The position numbers and the translations under genes are program-made. 64,000 bases of DNA from Hyaloraphidium curvatum SAG 235-1 (lineage: Eukaryota > Fungi > Monoblepharomycota), in assembly GCA_025558095.1 (NCBI GenBank), contig JAIVFI010000003.1:1-64000 (forward strand), read 5' to 3'. The notes beneath the pieces are model-generated. The model had not been told where the DNA came from. It did no database searches and worked only from the letters and a program-made list of their open reading frames with translations. Positions 19,758 through 32,639 of the stretch are shown here, one piece after another (position 1 is the first letter of the stretch; each line of letters starts with the position of its first letter).

Positions 19758-22119
19758 TCACTGCGGCTGGTACCTGCAACCCCCCCGGGCGCACATCCCC
19801 AGCACCGCCCTCCACCGCTCCATCTCGGCCTGCAGCCCCGCCGCCTCCCGCTCGAGCGCCTCGTTCTCGCGGAGCGTCTCCTCGTGCGCGGTCTGGAGGC
19901 GCTCGAGCTGCTCCTTCTTTTTCTGGCGGCACTTCATCGCCGCTGCACCGTCGCTCGTCAGCTGCCGTGTGCCGGGCGGCGAAAGGAGACCCACCGATCC
20001 TGTTCCTCTCCAAGAACTGGCTCCTCTTCCCATCCCCCTTCCTCCCCCCCTCCTCCTCCTCCTTGACCCTCCTCCCCCCCCTCCCCCCCGCCTCCGCCGG
20101 CTCGGCCGGCGGCTGCGCCCCCTGCGGGGCAAAGTAGTCCGCCTGCGCCGCGGCCTGCACCAGCGGCGTCAGCCTGTCGTCCGGCTGTGCAGCGGCGGGC
20201 AGCCCGGGTGGCGGCAGCGCGACGTGCGTGGGGCGTTCTACCGCGTGCGCGTGCGCGGGGGCCTGCGCGGTGGGCTGCGCGGGCTGCGGGGCGGGGGGCT
20301 GCTCCGGGTACGTGGTGGGGTACCAGTACGGCTGCTGTGCCGGGGCCGGCGGGTATGCCTGCGGAGGGCGGTATCCGTAGTCGCTGGGGTAGGGGTAGTA
20401 CTGGTTCGGCGGGTAGTAAGGAGGCTGCGACTGGAACCCCGGGAAGGGCGGCTGCGGGGGCAGCGAGAAGGGCGGCGCGCCGCCGGGGTACCCCTGCTGC
20501 GCCTGCAGCGAGCCGGGGTACAGCGCGGCCTGCTGCGCGGCGAATGCGGCCTGCTGCGCGCCGAAGGTGGCCTGCTGCCCCGGGGGGAAGCCCTGCTGCT
20601 GCTGGACAAAGGCGCCCTGCTGCACTCCGAACCCGGCCGGCAGCCCGCCGAAACCGCCCTGATGCCCCGCGAACCCCCCCTGCTGCCCTCCAAACAGCCC
20701 CGCGCCGAACGCCGGCGGCTGCGAGCCGAACGACGGCAGCCCGTACGCATCCTGCTGCTGCTGCTGCTGCTGCCCCCCCTGCGCGGCCCCGGCGTACGCG
20801 TTGTACCCCGCAGCGAGGTACGCCGGCTCGCCCTCCGCGATCCTTGCGAGCTGCGCGGGGGCGAGGATCGACGAGCCCGCGCGGCCGGCGGGCAGCTGCG
20901 GCGTCTGCGACTGCGCGTGCAGCACGCCGCTCGGGGCGCGCGAAAAGGCGGCCTGCACCGCGCCGCTGCCCTGCGTGGTACCTGCCGCGTGGACGCCGGG
21001 GAGGGAGGCCTGGATGGCGCCGCTCCCGTGCAGCGCGCCGCTGGCGTGCACGCCGATCGCGACGTTGGTGTACGGGGAGGCGCCGAAGAGGCCGCCGGCG
21101 GGGAGGACGGGGGTCTGCGCGGGCTCCTCGAGGAGGGCAGGGGCGCCGCCGGCGCCGGGGTCCGCGAGGGAGGAGAAGGGGTTGCTGGCGAGGGAGGAGC
21201 GGCGGTGTGCGGGGGGAGGCGGGTGCAGCTCGAAGGGAGGGTTGGCGGGGGGCAGGGCGGTGGACGTCTCGGGGCCGGCGGCGGGGGTGGTCTGCCGCAC
21301 GTCGGGCGAGACGGATGCCGGCTGCGGGGATGCGCGCAGTGCAGCCGCGGCGAGTCCAGCGCCGAGCCCCGCCCCCGAGTTGGACGCCCCAAGCCCCCAC
21401 GGGAACGAGCTCGGCGGATCGCTGAGCACCCTCGGCGACGGCGTCGGCGGCGGCAGCTGCACTCTTCCAAGCAGCGGATTGGGCAGCCCCGGCAGCTCTC
21501 CCGGCGTGCCCGGCGCCCCTCCGGGTGTCAGCCCGCTTGGCGTAAGCGACGCCGCGCCTCCGGGGGTCCACGCTCCCCACCCTCCCGGCGTCCACCGCGC
21601 CGTCGGCATCCGCGCGTGCGTGCCCATGGCAGCGTTGAGCTGCCCGTTGAGCCATGCGGTGGGCGTCATGGAGCCGGGTCCGGTGCCGGGGGTGCCCGAA
21701 GCGCCCCAGCTGATGGCGTCCGAGGGGGTGGCGGGGCCGTCGGAGCGGCGGAAGGACATTTCGAAGGGGTTGGGCTCGTCCCGGCCCGTGCCGGTGGAGC
21801 CGGTGTAGCCCGAATTGCCGGTGGTCGCGCCGCCGGGGCCGAAGCCCGTCGGAGTGGGCAGGCCGTAGCCCGTCGGGGTGGGCAGACCGGGCAGGCCGTA
21901 TCCGTTGGGAGTCGGCAAGCCGTAGCCGGGCGGCGGAAGGCCATATCCCTGCTGCGGGACCGGCGGGGCGGCTAGCGCGGCGGAGGCGAGGATCGGGTCC
22001 GAGGTCGGGTTGGCGAGGTGCGGCAGCGGCGGCGCGGGAACGGCGAAGGAGGGGGAGGCCAGCTCGCCCGACGACTGCGGCTCCGTGGGGCCCACGGGGC
22101 CGGCGACCGCGGCGGCCAT
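19758..22119 (-). CDS. Atf1/Sko1/CREB-type bZIP transcription factor
   Basis: EPNPFEMSF (Atf1 OSA-like) and several LTP/LPTP motifs. Intron 19994-19943 joins KRSQFLERNRI-AAMKCRQKKKEQLERLQ to a leucine zipper. Confidence 0.88.
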
Positions 22120-22426
22120 TTTCGCCCGAGTTCAGAGGTGTTCAGCAACTTGAGGAAAAGTCCAGAAGCCAGAAACAAGCGAGGCGGGAATCGCAGCCGA
22201 GGTTCCCGATAGGAGCGGCAGACGGACCGCCCAGTCCGCAGAGGGTTTGCGATACGGGCCCCGCCCGATGCCGGCGGCTAGAAACAATCAAGAGACGCCC
22301 GCGGGTGGTAGGAGCGGCCGGTCGGCAGCCCGATGCCGCGGCGGGCTTCGGCGTCCGGTTCCGGCCGGCCCGGCAGAAAACCGTATCGCCGCCGTCGGCC
22401 GGCTCGGAAGCCGTATCGGCGGGCTC

Positions 22427-22462
22427 TTAAGACGTCTTAAATCGCCAGTGCGGCGATTTAAG
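22427..22462. promoter_or_regulatory. overlapping palindrome and hairpin upstream of the bZIP gene
   Basis: TTAAGACGTCTTAA (22427-22440) is a perfect 14-bp palindrome. It overlaps the stem CTTAAATCGCC-agtgc-GGCGATTTAAG (22436-22462). Confidence 0.4.
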
Positions 22463-23028
22463 GGGCGCGGAGGGCGCGCGGATGTGCGGCACCCGGGCTC
22501 AGCGGCCCGGCCGGGCGGGCGCGGCGGCGGATGCGGTCCCGCGCGCGGCACGGCTCGGCGCCCGCTGCGCGCACTCGACGCCAACTAACCGCCCGCGGGC
22601 GCTGAGACCGCGCGGAGGGGCCCGCGGCGGGGCGGGGCGATGACGGTTTCGTCAGCGGGGCGGCGACGTAGCGAAGGCGGCGCCAGGGGCCTGACGCAAT
22701 CGCCACACCAACCGATCGGCGGGATCGTCGGGCGGCAGGACGTGTGAGGAAAGAGGCACTGCAAGATACACGAAGCGCACTGAACAAGAATTTGCTTTGG
22801 GCGCTGGATGGGGCCGCGGTTGGGGCCCGCCCCCACCCGTGACGCTGACGACACCATGACGACAGGCTCCCCGCCCCGTCCCCAGGTGCGGCCCGGGAAC
22901 CACTACGCCGGCGGCAGATGAAGCATCCATATGTGCCATCAGTTAGATCTGAGGCCAAGGGAGGCACAGTTCGCCCCATTCGTCGTTCTTGTATTTCGAG
23001 TCACTATCACTCGGAGCGGACGCCAACG

Positions 23029-24868
23029 TCACCGCCTCCTCGACGTGGTCCTCCGGCGGCTCGTCGACCTACTCCGGGTGGTCGTCCGCCTTCTCGGCGT
23101 AGTGTGCCGCCGGCTCGTCGTCCGCCGCCTGCCGGTCGTCCGCCTCCGGCTCGACGTCCTCCTCCGGCTGGTCGATCTCCTCCGGCTGCTCGACTTCCTC
23201 GCCGTGCTGGCAAGGACGCGCGTCGTGGGGCGCACAGCTGCCGTGGTCGGGATGATCTGCAAAGAGGAGGAGGTAAACAGGGCGGAAACCTCCGCCAGCG
23301 TCCAACGTCGCGCCCACCTTCGTCGCCGCCGACGTCCCCCCCGTCCACCTCCCCGCCGCCCTCGTCACCATCCCGTTCGCCGTCGCCCCCCGCGGCATCG
23401 ACGCCATCACCCCCCCTTCCCAGGCGGGGAAGTCCGGCACCGGCTCCACCAGCACCGCCTCGCCCGCGTTGAACGCATTGTCCCTGACGAGCTGCGCCGC
23501 GTTGCACGACGGGTTGTCGTCCCAGCACCCCGCCGTGGCGGGGTCTTCCCCCACGCCCAAGCGTTTCCCGGGGGGCCCGTTGCGCACCGCGTTCCCCCTC
23601 ACGACGAGCCCGTCGTCGCTCCGCACGGGCGACGGGATGTTGGTCCCTCCGGGGGCGTCCATGGGCGGGAACACGGCAAGGTGCGTCCACATGCTCTCGT
23701 CGGGCGGTTCGTTGACGATCCGGTTGTTGATCACGTACACGTTGCGGCACGGCACGGGCGCGTTGCCCATGTGCGGCCCGTCGATCCGGTCCGCGGGGCC
23801 CCACCCGCCCGCGGCGTTGCGGGAGGCGCATCGGGCGGCGTTGGCGGGGTTGCAGTTGCGCATGCCCGGGACGAACTCGAGGAGGTGCGAGCGGTTGCCC
23901 GTGCCGCGGCACTCGTTGAACGCGAACAGAGAGTACGCGCACCCGTTACAGCCGAAACAGGCTCCGAAAACGTCGTGAACGTGGTTGTTGGTGAATTTCA
24001 CGTCCACGGCCTCGTAGTAGATGTAGGGCGGCTCCATAAACTCGAACCCGGTGCCCTGCCCCGCGGTGAACCCGCCCGTGAAGCACCCGTGCATCTCGTT
24101 GCCCTCGATCCGCAAATGGGCGCTGCCCCCTTTCACGTACAAGCACCAGTCGCCCGCGGAGCGGAACTCGGAGCCCAGGACGTGCCCGTGCTGCACCGCG
24201 ACGTAGTCCAGCGCCGCCTGGCCCGAGCCGGCAAAGGTGCAGTTCTCGACGTACAGGTGCGTGCACTGGTTCGCCTTGAGCGTCTCCTGCCCTTGCCCGT
24301 GGGCGTCCGCGTCCACGCCGCGGAGCAGCACGTAGTGGCACTTTTCAAAGTGCAGGGCCTCGGAGCGGGTCGAGACGGTGAGGTCGACGAGGTAGAGGAA
24401 GCGGCAGTTGTAGATGTTCAGGAACTGCTCGATGACCACCGTCCCCGGGCCATCGGCGGCCTGCAGCACCACGGGGAAGGCGTGCGTCCCGTGCGCGTTC
24501 TCGAACCAGTACGGCACCGTCGCCTCCGCGTACGTGCCCGGCAGCAGCACGATGCGGTGCCCCGTGGTCAGCCCCGCATCGCTGCCCGTCCGCGGGATCA
24601 GCTCGCCCCACGCGCGGTGGAACGTCGTCGGCGCCGCGGCGGTGCGGCCGTCCGCGAGCGGGTCGCCGGCGGGGGAGACGAAGATGTCGCGCAGCACGGG
24701 GGCGCCGACGTCGAACGGGAGCGTGTTGGTCGACGAGAGGGACGGGTCGAGGTACGGCGGCGGGAGGGAGGCATGGCAGCGATGGAGCAAGGGGAGGAGG
24801 AGGAGGAGACGGAGGACGGCCGAGGCGGAGAGGCGGGGCGGATTGGCTAGGCGCTGGCTGGAGGCCAT
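23029..24868 (-). CDS. secreted right-handed beta-helix (pectin-lyase-like) protein with an Arg/Thr/Ser tail
   Basis: Signal peptide; IVLLPGTY, ETLKANQCTHLYVENC, DWCLYVKGGS, VKFTNNHVHD and NVYVINN beta-helix repeats. Intron 23317-23257 joins a final exon of (RRRTTS)-like repeats. Confidence 0.8.
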
Positions 24869-25044
24869 GATACCATCGTGCAGGGAATCATTCTTCCGGC
24901 GGCCCGGAGTTAGGCTCGCTCTTCAAAGTGGGGAGTGGTGTCTGACTCGACGCTGTGTGGGTGTGTGCGAAGGCCCGCCAAGCGTCCCTGGTCGGTCGCC
25001 ATCGGTGCCTCGCTCGGGGAGCATCTGATCGATCGTCGCATGGA

Positions 25045-25959
25045 TTATTCAGACATTAGCCGTCGCAAAACCGCCTGAATTTCCCTCCCTTGGACCGCAA
25101 GCCACGTTTCGATACCGCCCACGCCGGTCGTTGGGTCCTTGTTCTTCGCCTTGGCCTCGAAGCGCGCCACCTTGGCCCAGACCTGCCTAGTGATCTCGGT
25201 TTCCAGGGTGTCCCACAGGCTCTCGGGCGGCCGATTGCGATGCGGCTGGTGCACCCGCGGGAGCACGAAGAGGCCGTCGTCGAGTATTCCCGCCACCCAG
25301 GAGCGGCGGGCGATCCGCTTGCCCTCCTCCGAGTCGACCCAGTAGATCGGCTTAGTAGTCCAGCAGTAGCGAACCCGATGCTCGCCCTCACAGCCGCACT
25401 CTCTGTCCCTAGCACTCGAAACCGTCGCTCTCGAACTCGCTGTCGGAAGGTTCCCATTCGCTGACCCGCTCCTTGTCCTCTTCCTCGTCCCAGATCACGC
25501 GGTCCTTCTCGTACGACGTGCAGCGGAAGTACCAGTCCATTTCCCGCATCACGTTGACGATTTCGTCGGCCGTCTTGCCCCGCTCGTCTTCCTCGTAGCC
25601 CCCAATGAACTCGCGGCACAGCCTGGAATCCTCGCGCAGCGGCAGACCGTACTCGCGCAGCTTCGCAATCAGCAGGCCCTCCCGCCTCGCGTCCCCGCCC
25701 AGATCGTCAAAGGTCGGAGAGGAAATCACGGCGTCCCACAGGGCCTCGTGCGCCAGGGCGAGAGAAGCGAGGTCTCCGGCACTTTCTTCCGGCTCGAATC
25801 GGTCCTCATCGGAGTAGTAGTCGTCGTACTCGTCCTCACTGTTGTCCTCGTCCGAAGGTACAGGAAGCCGATGATGGCGTGGAGAATCTCGGGCGGGAGG
25901 TCGGGCAGGTTCGGAACAATGCGGCGCGGCGCGGGGATCCTGGCGGCACGGGATTTCGG
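25045..25959 (-). pseudogene. F-box-like gene with two frameshifts (or two sequence errors)
   Basis: LPDLPPEILHAIIGFL, then a frameshift near 25860, then PSDEDNSEDEY...LPLREDSRLCREFIGG..IVNVMREMDWYFRCTSY...GFEC, then a frameshift near 25411, then RDRECGCEGEHRVRYCW...RPPESLW...LMSE*. Confidence 0.65.
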
Positions 25960-26439
25960 CATGGCGACGGAATGAGCGGATCGGGGAGGCCTCTGATGGC
26001 TAGTCTTTTGGCCCGCAGATTCAGCTGTCCACTGATTGTGCACCGAGCGATCGATGACGTGGTTCGACAAACTGCTGACCGCCCGGCTGCCGGGAACACA
26101 TCTGGAGCAACTGTTTATTGATCGAACCCATCGAAATCATCAATGCTTTCCATTGACATCCCAATGATGCGCGTCGTTCATGGAGGCTTCTCTTTCGAGT
26201 CGGCGAAGACGCCATTCACGGAGGACTCCGGCAGATCCGCGGTTCATCCAGTCTTCGCCTGCATCTGCTGGGCTTATCGGCTTTCCATCTTGCCTGCGCA
26301 TCCTACTCGGCGCACCTCGAGAATGGTCCGCATCGGCCGACGGCGGCAACTCCAGGCCGGCCCTTGTGGCTGGGCCAGAGCGATCCCTCAACGGAGTTGG
26401 GACGCCCTTCGCGGGCCTGACGACGGCCTCCGCGCCGCG

Positions 26440-29114
26440 ATGCGCCTCCCAGAGACCCTTTTCCTTCCGCTGCTTCTCGCGGCGCCGGTGCTCGCGGTGT
26501 CACAGCTCTCCATTGTCGGCGAGGGATCCGCGTCTGTGGCTGGCCTCTACGAGCAGCTCGGGGCAGTCTACCCGGCCACGCAGCTCTTCCGCAACAAGTA
26601 CACCCTCTTTCCGTATGAGTCTACGAACAGCGAGGAGGCCGCCAGCGCCGTGACGGCCGGCACGGTGGACTGGGGCGCCACCGACCTCCCGCTCACGACC
26701 GGCCAGGTCGCCTCGGGCAGCCGCCTTGTGCCCGTGTTTTTCGGGGGCGTGACCATCATCTACAACATTCCCGAACTCTACGGCTCGCCGTACCCCCTGA
26801 ACCTGACGCGGCAGGCGCTCGTTGGCCTCTTCAACGGGACCGTGGGCTCGTGGGCATCGCCCCTTGTGCTGGGGGCCAACCCGTACCTGGCTTCGAGGAC
26901 GGCCAACGCCTCCTCGCTCGCCCGCCCCCCGTATGTCGTGGTGCGCAACGACACCGGCAGCGGGCAGACCTATACCCTCACCGCCGCCCTCTCCTCCATG
27001 AGCACCGCCTGGAACTCGACCCTGGGCACCTTTGCCAACGGATCCCGCTTCCCCGCGGCCTCGGCCGCCGTCCCCTATGACGAGATCGGCCTCGAGGTGT
27101 GGTCGGCCGACTACTCGCTCTCGTACGCGGAGCTCGCCACGGCGCGGCAGTACAAGCTCCCCACCGCGGCCCTCGAGAACCGCGCCGGGATCTTCGTGCT
27201 TCCCGGCGACGCTTCCTACTCGGCCGCCGGCGCCGCGTTCGCCCCCGCCGCGGGCGCCGCCGACGCCGACAACCTCTTCGTCTCCCTGGCCGACGCCCCC
27301 GGCACCGCCTCGTACCCGGCGACCTCGGTCTCGTACGTCGTGCTGCGAAAGGGCAACCCGGCCGACTGCGCCGAAGCCTACGAGCTGATCCGCTACATCT
27401 GGTGGATCTCGCAGTCGGAGGAGGCCAATGCGATCGCCAAGCTGCAGGGCTTCGTGGTGGCCAAGGAGCTCGACGACAGGGCCGAGGAGGTGCTCTCGCG
27501 GTTCCGGTGCGCGTCGGGGATGAACATACTCGAGGCCGTGCGGAGCGACATTTCCAACGAGCAGGGGGGGGACACCAAGGGCCTCGTGTTCCTCATCTCG
27601 GTGTGCATCATGGGCGGCCTGGTGGCGGGGCTGGCGGCGGTCATGGGGTACCTTTACTGGAAGAAGGAGCGGGAACGGAAGGCGAGGCTGGCGGCGGGGG
27701 AGACGGAGGAGGTGCGGGTGCCCGATACGGTGCGGGAAAAGACCCAGGCCGAGCTGGACGGCACGGTCAACAAGGAGGCCGTGGAAGCGTGGGAGGGCTC
27801 GCCACCGGCGGACGCCAAGCCTTCAGAAAACGGACATGCCGTGGACGGGGCAGCGACGAAGGCTCCCGCAGACGGCGGTGCCAAGCCGAATGGGCAAGAG
27901 GTGATCGCCAGTCCCTACTCCCGCACGACCCTCTTCCGCACCGCCACGGGCGCCGTGCACGCCGTCGTCGGCCCCGCCGTGCACGTGGCCGAGCTCTGGC
28001 GCCCCACCTTCGGCTCGGGCGACTCGCAGCCTGACTCTTGGTGGTCTTGGTTCTCGTGCGCGGGCAAGGAGAAGGACCGCGAGCCCGCATCCAAGGCGGA
28101 GAAGGCCGTCGCCGCCGGGGACGAAGACGACGACGCGGCCCCGCGCCGGATCGCCGAGCCGTTGGCCCTCCGCGCGCCATGGCACCGCAGCTTCCCCGTG
28201 CATGTCTGCTACGCGCTCATCAAGATCATCGTTGACGTCTTCACCATCGCCCTCAACTGGCGGGGCTACACAACCCTCCCCCCTGGCCTGCTTCTCGCCA
28301 GCGTGTACGCGGCGCTGTGCGCCATCGGCAGCGCCTTCGTGTGCATCAACACGCTCGCCACGCTGATGGGGTTGGCGTACCACAAGCGCAATAGGGTGGA
28401 GCTGGACAGCAAGGTCGTTCGGCATCGCAGGCGGGCGTCGGTGGACCAGATGGCCTACATCCAGAGCGAGATTCGGAGGCTGCAGCTTGTGGTGCTGCGG
28501 GAGATGGTGACCAAGGCGTCGATGGTGGGTCGTTGCACTGTGCGGCTTTGATAGCTCCCGGCTGACGACGGACACAGCTCCTGCGCGAGATCCCTCTGAT
28601 CATCGTCACCATCGTCATCATCGACCAGACGATCTTCTCCCAGATCATCGTCGTCCTCGGCCTCGCGGCCAACTGCATCTCCCTGGGCTTCAAGATCCAC
28701 AGCGTCGGCGACGCGGCGAAGCACACGGGGGCGTACATGGACCTGCGGGATTGCCTGGCGGTGCTGGAGCGGCCGCAAGGAGCGTCGCCTGCTGTGACCT
28801 CGTTGGGGAAGCTGGCGATCGGGGGAGCGAAGCCCGAGTTTTCGGTGCACTCGGTGGCGGGCAAGGGTGGGAGCGCGGTGCGGGATGCGCTGATGACGCT
28901 CCAGGGGTCGGAAGGGGAGCAGGCAGTGGTCAAGGCGGACGCGGAGGCGGCGGCGGAGGCCGTGGGGGGCGCGGTTTGGGCGGAGTTCGCGGAGGGACCT
29001 GGTGCAGATAGATCTGCACATCGATCGGACTCGGAACGCGCGGCGCCGGGCGGCATGCCGCCGGGGGCCGCGGTGGCGCTGGCGGCGGCTTCCGGGGCTC
29101 TAGCCAGCGATTAG
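26440..29114 (+). CDS. PstS-like (PBP type II) ectodomain plus TM, linker and about 4-TM C-terminal domain
   Basis: Signal peptide; IVGEGSAS, VDWGATD, GGVTIIYNIP, VVRNDTGSGQT, LSYAEL, ALENRAG and SYPATSVSY. TM LVFLISVCIMGGLVAGLAAVMGYLYW. Intron 28525-28577 leads to LLREIPLIIVTIVII..IIVVLGLAANCISLGFK. Confidence 0.85.
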
Positions 29115-29283
29115 CGAAGAGGAATATGCATATTTCAGCAGAATGGTTATACTCTGAACTCAGGAGGTGACACATGCGTCGGATTCAGCTTGGGATGTGG
29201 CTGGTGCTTCCGTAGGGACCTGACTCTCTCAAACCAATCTGACCACGTCTTACGCCACTGTCGCACACCCGAATCACGCCTTC

Positions 29284-31723
29284 ATGGCAGAGGTACAACT
29301 GTGGGGAGCTGCGCCGCCGTTTGCGGGGTCTCACGAGTCCGCGCAGCCGCAGGCCGGGGAGCCAGCGCTTCTCGCGCTTCCGTTTGAAACCCTCTCCAAG
29401 GTGGTCGCCTTCATGGGCCCCTCCCGCAAAGCGCCGCTGTCGACCCCATCGGAGCTGCTCCGAACGTGCCGCAAGCTGGCAAGGCTTGCCGACGACCCCA
29501 CCACGCGCGCCCAGTTCCTCGTCGCGACTTACGGGATCACGAACGTGCTTGACGGCGCGGGGCGGTGGATCTCGCTCCTCACCCGAGAAGTGCTGGGCAT
29601 CCTCCTGCGGCGCGTGGGCACGGCACCGCGATACCAGCTCCAGAGGCTGTACCAGAGGTTCCACGACTGCGGGCGCCTAGATCTGGCTTCGAAAGTCCTC
29701 GAGCACGCAATGGACAAGTACCCGTCGCCGGCGAGTTCAACCAGATCTGCGACGGCAGAAGGTGTCCCTGCCATCGTCAGGGGGTTTAACATTCGGATTC
29801 ATGATGACGAGGCATTCTTCCGTCTCGTGTCATCGACTCAGCTTCCCGCGGACCTGGCTTACTTGGCCGCCGAGGGAGAAGGAAAGCCCTGGCACGTTCA
29901 AGGCGTTTGTATCTCCCGGCTTTTGGCCCCAATTTGCCACTTATCTATGTTCGGGCGCTCGCAGAACCCCGTTGAGACTGCGCTGTTGACACTCAAAAAC
30001 AAGTATCTTCTTCAGCCAGACTTCAGCATGGCCGGCTCTCTTCCCTCCGTTGTGAGATCTCGTCGCGCTAGCCGCGAATCCCGCACCGTCGGGTTCGAGC
30101 ACCTTCATGGGGCGCACGCAGCCCTCCTTCAAGCCGTCGTCGCCAACAACGTCCAAGCAGTGAAGATCCTGCTGCGCTATGGTGTACGTGCCGCCCCTGA
30201 CCACAACTGCCGCATGAGCCGCTGGATTTCCAAGACTTGGTCTGCAAAACGGACTCAGGGTGCGGACCCACCATCGATACGCAGTCTCACCAACAGGTTC
30301 TTTGGGTTCGAGGCCAACACCACCAACACAGTTGAAGTCACGCGCTTTACGGTGCTCGGGCACGTTGCCACGGCCATCGCGAGCGCTATAGCATCGCCCT
30401 GGTCCTACCCCACGGTCGTCTCCGAGAAGCTGGATCGGACTTGCCCCCTGGACGTTGCGGTGGGGGGCTCGCAGGGCCCCAGAGCCGCCATGATGCGCAT
30501 GATCCTCGACGCTCTTCGGGCCGAGGGCTGGCTTAACACGCGTGCGGGGCACGACTCCCTCAAGAGGTGCCGCCAGGTGAGTCACAATAACAACGTACTG
30601 TGGCCTACGGCTCCCTGATTCCATGGCTCGGCCACGCAAGTTCTGCTACGAGATGTCACTGGCCGAGGCACTGGCAATCATCGGCGAGTACTCTGCCAAT
30701 AAGGTTGGGCAGCTCTGTTCTTGTGTCTCCGCGGAATCGTTAACGAGGCCTATGCACGAAGGATCTGTTAGCCGCTCTGGAAAGGCAAGATGTTCAGGAA
30801 TCCGAACGGCTCTTTAGCCAAGGATTGAAGGTCGAGCGGGAAGACATTGTGGGCAAATTGGTCTAGCTTTTGATCTGCACTGTCTAATTGCGGCCCGCCA
30901 AGCTCCGGCTGCTCCAGAATCCCGACATCATGGCCTCTCACGAACTCATGATCAAGCGTTGCCCAATGACGCTTCTCACCGCCAAGGCCGCTCTTAAGCA
31001 CCTTGCAGGGGCGAGCCCCAGGATGCGGGATCGCCTCCTCGCCCAGCTGCTCATCGAGCAAGATGAACTCCGCAACGGACCGGACGGACAGGCCTGGGTC
31101 GCATCCTTCTTTGAAGACGAACGCCTGGCAAACCTTCATTTCCTCGCACGCACTTTCCTTCCGGAAGCCGCGGCCGGAGTGCAGGTTTTCCCTGCGGTCT
31201 TGAGCTACGATGTTGCCGTCGCCATCAAGGGCAAGCAGTACGACGTGGGGTCTTCCTAAAGCTTTCGGTGGCCAGCATGCTCACATACCTCCAGGTCGCA
31301 AAGGCGTTGCTGGAAATGGGCGCCCCCCGCCTGCAGGCCTCGGATCTTGCCCGAGCAATGAAGGATCGCCAAGGGACAGGGATGGTCCTGGCTGCCTTGA
31401 CCACTTGCGACTCGTACTTGCGGCACGATCTAACAGTCGTACTCCAAAGCGCCATCGCCAATCGCCGGGTGCAGGTGTACAACTTGCTCCTGGCCCTGGA
31501 CCGGGCCACACACCCGCTCATCTCACCCGAGATCATGCGTATCCCGATCAAGTCCAACGTCGGCGCCGATCAGTCCGACCTCTTCCGCAAGTGCCTCGAG
31601 GTGGCGCAGAGGGAACCCAAGATCGCAAATGCATGGGGGCAGACAAGGAAGATGGCCCATAAGAAGGGTGGCGCCTTCGAGGACCCGTTCAGAGCGTACC
31701 TTGCCCGGTACGGCAAGCACTGA
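29284..31723 (+). CDS. multi-exon protein of unknown function (F-box-like N-terminus, ankyrin-like segments)
   Basis: Long ORF 29284-30618 (LLALPFETLSKVVAFM; ALLQAVVANNVQAVKILLRYG) with downstream exon-like ORFs near 30.9-31.25 kb and 31295-31723. The exon structure is only partly resolved. GC is lower than in the neighbours. Confidence 0.55.
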
Positions 31724-32034
31724 AGCGCTCGGACGGAATTTGTACCTGCGGATGATTTTGATAGACTTCGTGACAGCGGCTCGAAGCTGTCTGTCCCTTT
31801 CGAACCTGACTCTGCTGCCGCGTCCACAATCAAGGACATCCGTATTTAGATGGGCTAGCAAACTGCGAGCGTTCAGCGAGGCAGGTGGATGATTAGCCGA
31901 TCAACATGCATTGCTCGTTATCTGTAGACAACCTCAGTTTGAAGCGGACGTCCTCGATCCAGTATATGCTCTTTATTGGCCTCGAGCGCCCCGTCATCAT
32001 GCTGCCACAGCCCTCCCCAACCCTCCAACCAAGC

Positions 32035-32596
32035 ATGCCCGACGAAGCCGTCTCCACCAAGACCTCACTCAAGGTCCTCTCGGACCTCGCCGCGCTGGCC
32101 GCCAAGAAGGACTACCGCGTCCCCGAGGTCTCCGGCGCGCCGACCGAGAAACACAGCGCCATTGCGGAAGCCCAGGGCGCGCTTGCCAGCTATGCCGGAG
32201 CCCGTGCCAAGGTCGGGCAATTTCACAGCGGGGACGGTTTCGCCCGCTGACTTCCTGGATGGTTGGAAGGAACTGGACCCGAGCGGCGACGCGGTGACTC
32301 AGAAGGACGTCATGGCGCTGGCGGTCCCCTCGGAAGGCGACGTCGACCCCCTTGTCGTCGAAACGGAGCTCAAGCAGGAAGTCGAAGCCCGGCGTGAGCA
32401 CCGTGCCATCTCTATCGTGCCCGCGATCGCGCTGACGTGGCCCGCAGTGGACGAGCACCGCCGCACGGGCGAGCCGATCGCCCACGGGTCCCCCACTGCG
32501 CACGTGCAGGCCGCCGCCGCGCACGTGGCGAGGCTCAGGGAGGCGCACGAGGCGGGGAGGGCCAACTTCATCGGGGACACCGAGAGGGGCGATTGA
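32035..32596 (+). CDS. small protein of unknown function
   Basis: MPDEAVSTK...ARAK, intron about 32212-32269, then ELDPSGDAVTQKD...ANFIGDTERGD*. High GC3 codon usage. Confidence 0.6.
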
Positions 32597-32639
32597 ACGA
32601 CCCCGAAGCCAAGGATCACCATTTGGAGCAAACTCTAAT

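Noticed and set aside
19237-21975. Long overlapping ORFs (906 aa +, and the 960-aa extension of the bZIP into the MFS gene)
   Set aside because: GC-rich shadow frames. The bZIP is completed by the 19994-19943 intron and stops at 19758.
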